A stretch of DNA of 63,867 bases, counting the filler, from Octopus bimaculoides (lineage: Eukaryota), in assembly GCF_001194135.2 (NCBI RefSeq). It is 7 parts of 6 records of this genome, joined end to end, with 100 filler letters (N's around TTAATTAATTAA, not from the genome) between each part and the next. Parts side by side here need not be neighbours in the genome. Positions count along the whole stretch, not along the records: positions 62,570 to 63,867 come from NW_026327614.1; 6 more parts are not named here. One strand, given 5' to 3'. The notes beneath the pieces were generated by a model. That model had not been told where the DNA came from. It worked only from the letters and a program-made list of their open reading frames with translations, and did no database searches. The translations under genes were made by a program, and so were the position numbers. Of the stretch, positions 62,470-63,867 are shown piece by piece. The first letter of the stretch is position 1, and each line of letters opens with the position of its first letter.

Positions 62470-62569
62470 NNNNNNNNNNNNNNNNNNNNNNNNNNNNNNN
62501 NNNNNNNNNNNNNTTAATTAATTAANNNNNNNNNNNNNNNNNNNNNNNNNNNNNNNNNNNNNNNNNNNN

Positions 62570-62654
62570 TGTTACTTATTTTGGTTTGAAATAAAGCACT
62601 TGATCACTTAATAATTCTACCTTAATCCCGGGCAGCGCCAGGCTATACTGCTAG
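62570..62654 (+). mobile_element. Helitron-type 3' end
   Basis: GC hairpin cccgggcagcgccagg followed by CTAG (62651-62654) then T. Confidence 0.65.
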
Positions 62655-62658
62655 TATA

Positions 62659-63501
62659 TCTATAAAAGGCAGGATGTGTGTGTGTGTGTACGTGAATGTA
62701 ATTTATGTACATCCACAAATTAGCACGAATGTCACTCCAATTTTAGGAGGACATTGGTCATGACCATGGCTGTGTTTTTGTCAACTTATTTTTCCTGAAG
62801 CACCCGCAGATAGCAGTAAAAATCGATTTCCAACCATAACTTTTACCAATTACCACATCAGTGAAATCCTTAAGTTTGCTGACATGAGTTAAGTCCCCTG
62901 CAATGGCGACTATTATATTTCATTTTACATGAAATTTTGAATGTTAGATAATTAATGTTGGTTTGTTCAATTAGAAAACAAAAACCTAATGACAATGTAA
63001 TTAGCAACTAGCACATTTTGTTTCTTAGTTTCTGTTTGTTTTAATATTTAAATTCTTTATTTGATTGTTGTTTTCAGCCACAACGTTCTTATTCATTTCT
63101 GTTTGTGAAATTCTCTGTACGTACTTATGCTTTCTCAGTGGTCAAAGCAAATCAATGACATCGTGCTGTAGCTATTTTTCTTCCTATGTGATTTAAAGCA
63201 TTTTTTGATATGTGGCATTTCGACTTTAGAAACGAGTTCCGAACATGCTATTCAAGCTCGCTGAAACTTATCTCCTGCCACTCAAAACAACAACTCAAAT
63301 GTGATAAAGAGTACACGCATCACAACAACACCAAGTGTGCGTGTGTGTGTGTGTACACTTACAATATATCCTATTGTTACGAAAATCTTACACAGTCATT
63401 CAATAAAACTCAAATGGGATAAAGAGTACACACTTAATCCGCCTAAACAGTGCAACGGGACCCGCTTAGTAGTCAAGTCCCTGACGCACCACTTTACTGA
63501 G
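62659..63501 (+). mobile_element. Non-autonomous Helitron (TC start) with PIF1 helicase remnant
   Basis: A|TCtataaaaggcaggatgtgtgtg start; 63433-63501 = LNPPKQCNGTRLVVKSLTHHFTE (Helitron helicase LNPPxLCNGTRL motif), preceded by HSIKLK. Confidence 0.7.
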
Positions 63502-63611
63502 ACCGATAGTACCCAGAGGAGGGGTTAGTACTAGATCGGGATTAGTCGCTGCGTTTTAGAGGCTCCCGGGCCCCCTTTTGCTAGGTTAGCTTAGGTTAAG
63601 GCTTAGTTGTG

Positions 63612-63867
63612 AGGTGCAGCAACATCAAAGGCAGGTTAACTAGGAAGTTAGTTTTTGTTTGTGGCAGATGTTCAGGTGCAATAAAGACTGTAAACAAACA
63701 GGAAACAACTTCTATCTCATTCCAGGGTGAAAAACTAGAGCTAGTCGATAGCTTCTGCTATCTGGGCGACCAAGTTAGTAGTGGGGGTGGGTCCGCTGAA
63801 AGTGTAGCTGCTAGAATAAGAATAGCCTGGGCAAAGTTTAGAGAGCTCTTACCCCTGCTGGCGACAA
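63612..63867 (+). mobile_element. RTE LINE, 5'-truncated, uninterrupted frame to window end
   Basis: 85 codons without a stop: RCSNIKGRLTRKLVFVCGRCSGAI...GEKLELVDSFCYLGDQVSSGGGSAESVAARIRIAWAKFRELLPLLAT. Confidence 0.92.

Overview
Repeat-dominated, AT-rich animal genomic DNA from a gappy short-read assembly. The SINE, RTE and microsatellite landscape looks like an Octopus genome (inferred from repeat families only). No host gene is recognisable; there are only weak small-exon candidates. Almost all long ORFs in the track are microsatellite or N-gap artefacts. Real content: ~35 tRNA-derived SINE copies or fragments from several families; decayed LINEs (RTE x5, CR1/Jockey-group x2, L1/Tx1, R4/Dong x2); Penelope-like element (PLE) remnants; mariner/Tc1 remnants and MITEs; Helitron/HINE pieces; a BEL/Pao integrase tail; and a 5S rRNA pseudogene. 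Main result: hammerhead-ribozyme (HHR) folds from three unrelated repeat families. The best case is a composite unit of tRNA-like Pol III promoter + (AAT)n + minimal dimer-type HHR + 9-mer tail, present twice (3054-3335 +, 11845-12111 -). One copy sits directly behind a Penelope GIY-YIG C-terminus; the other starts almost exactly at the Pol III head, suggesting a ribozyme-carrying SINE/retrozyme born from a PLE terminal repeat. All family names come from motif recognition by eye, not database searches.
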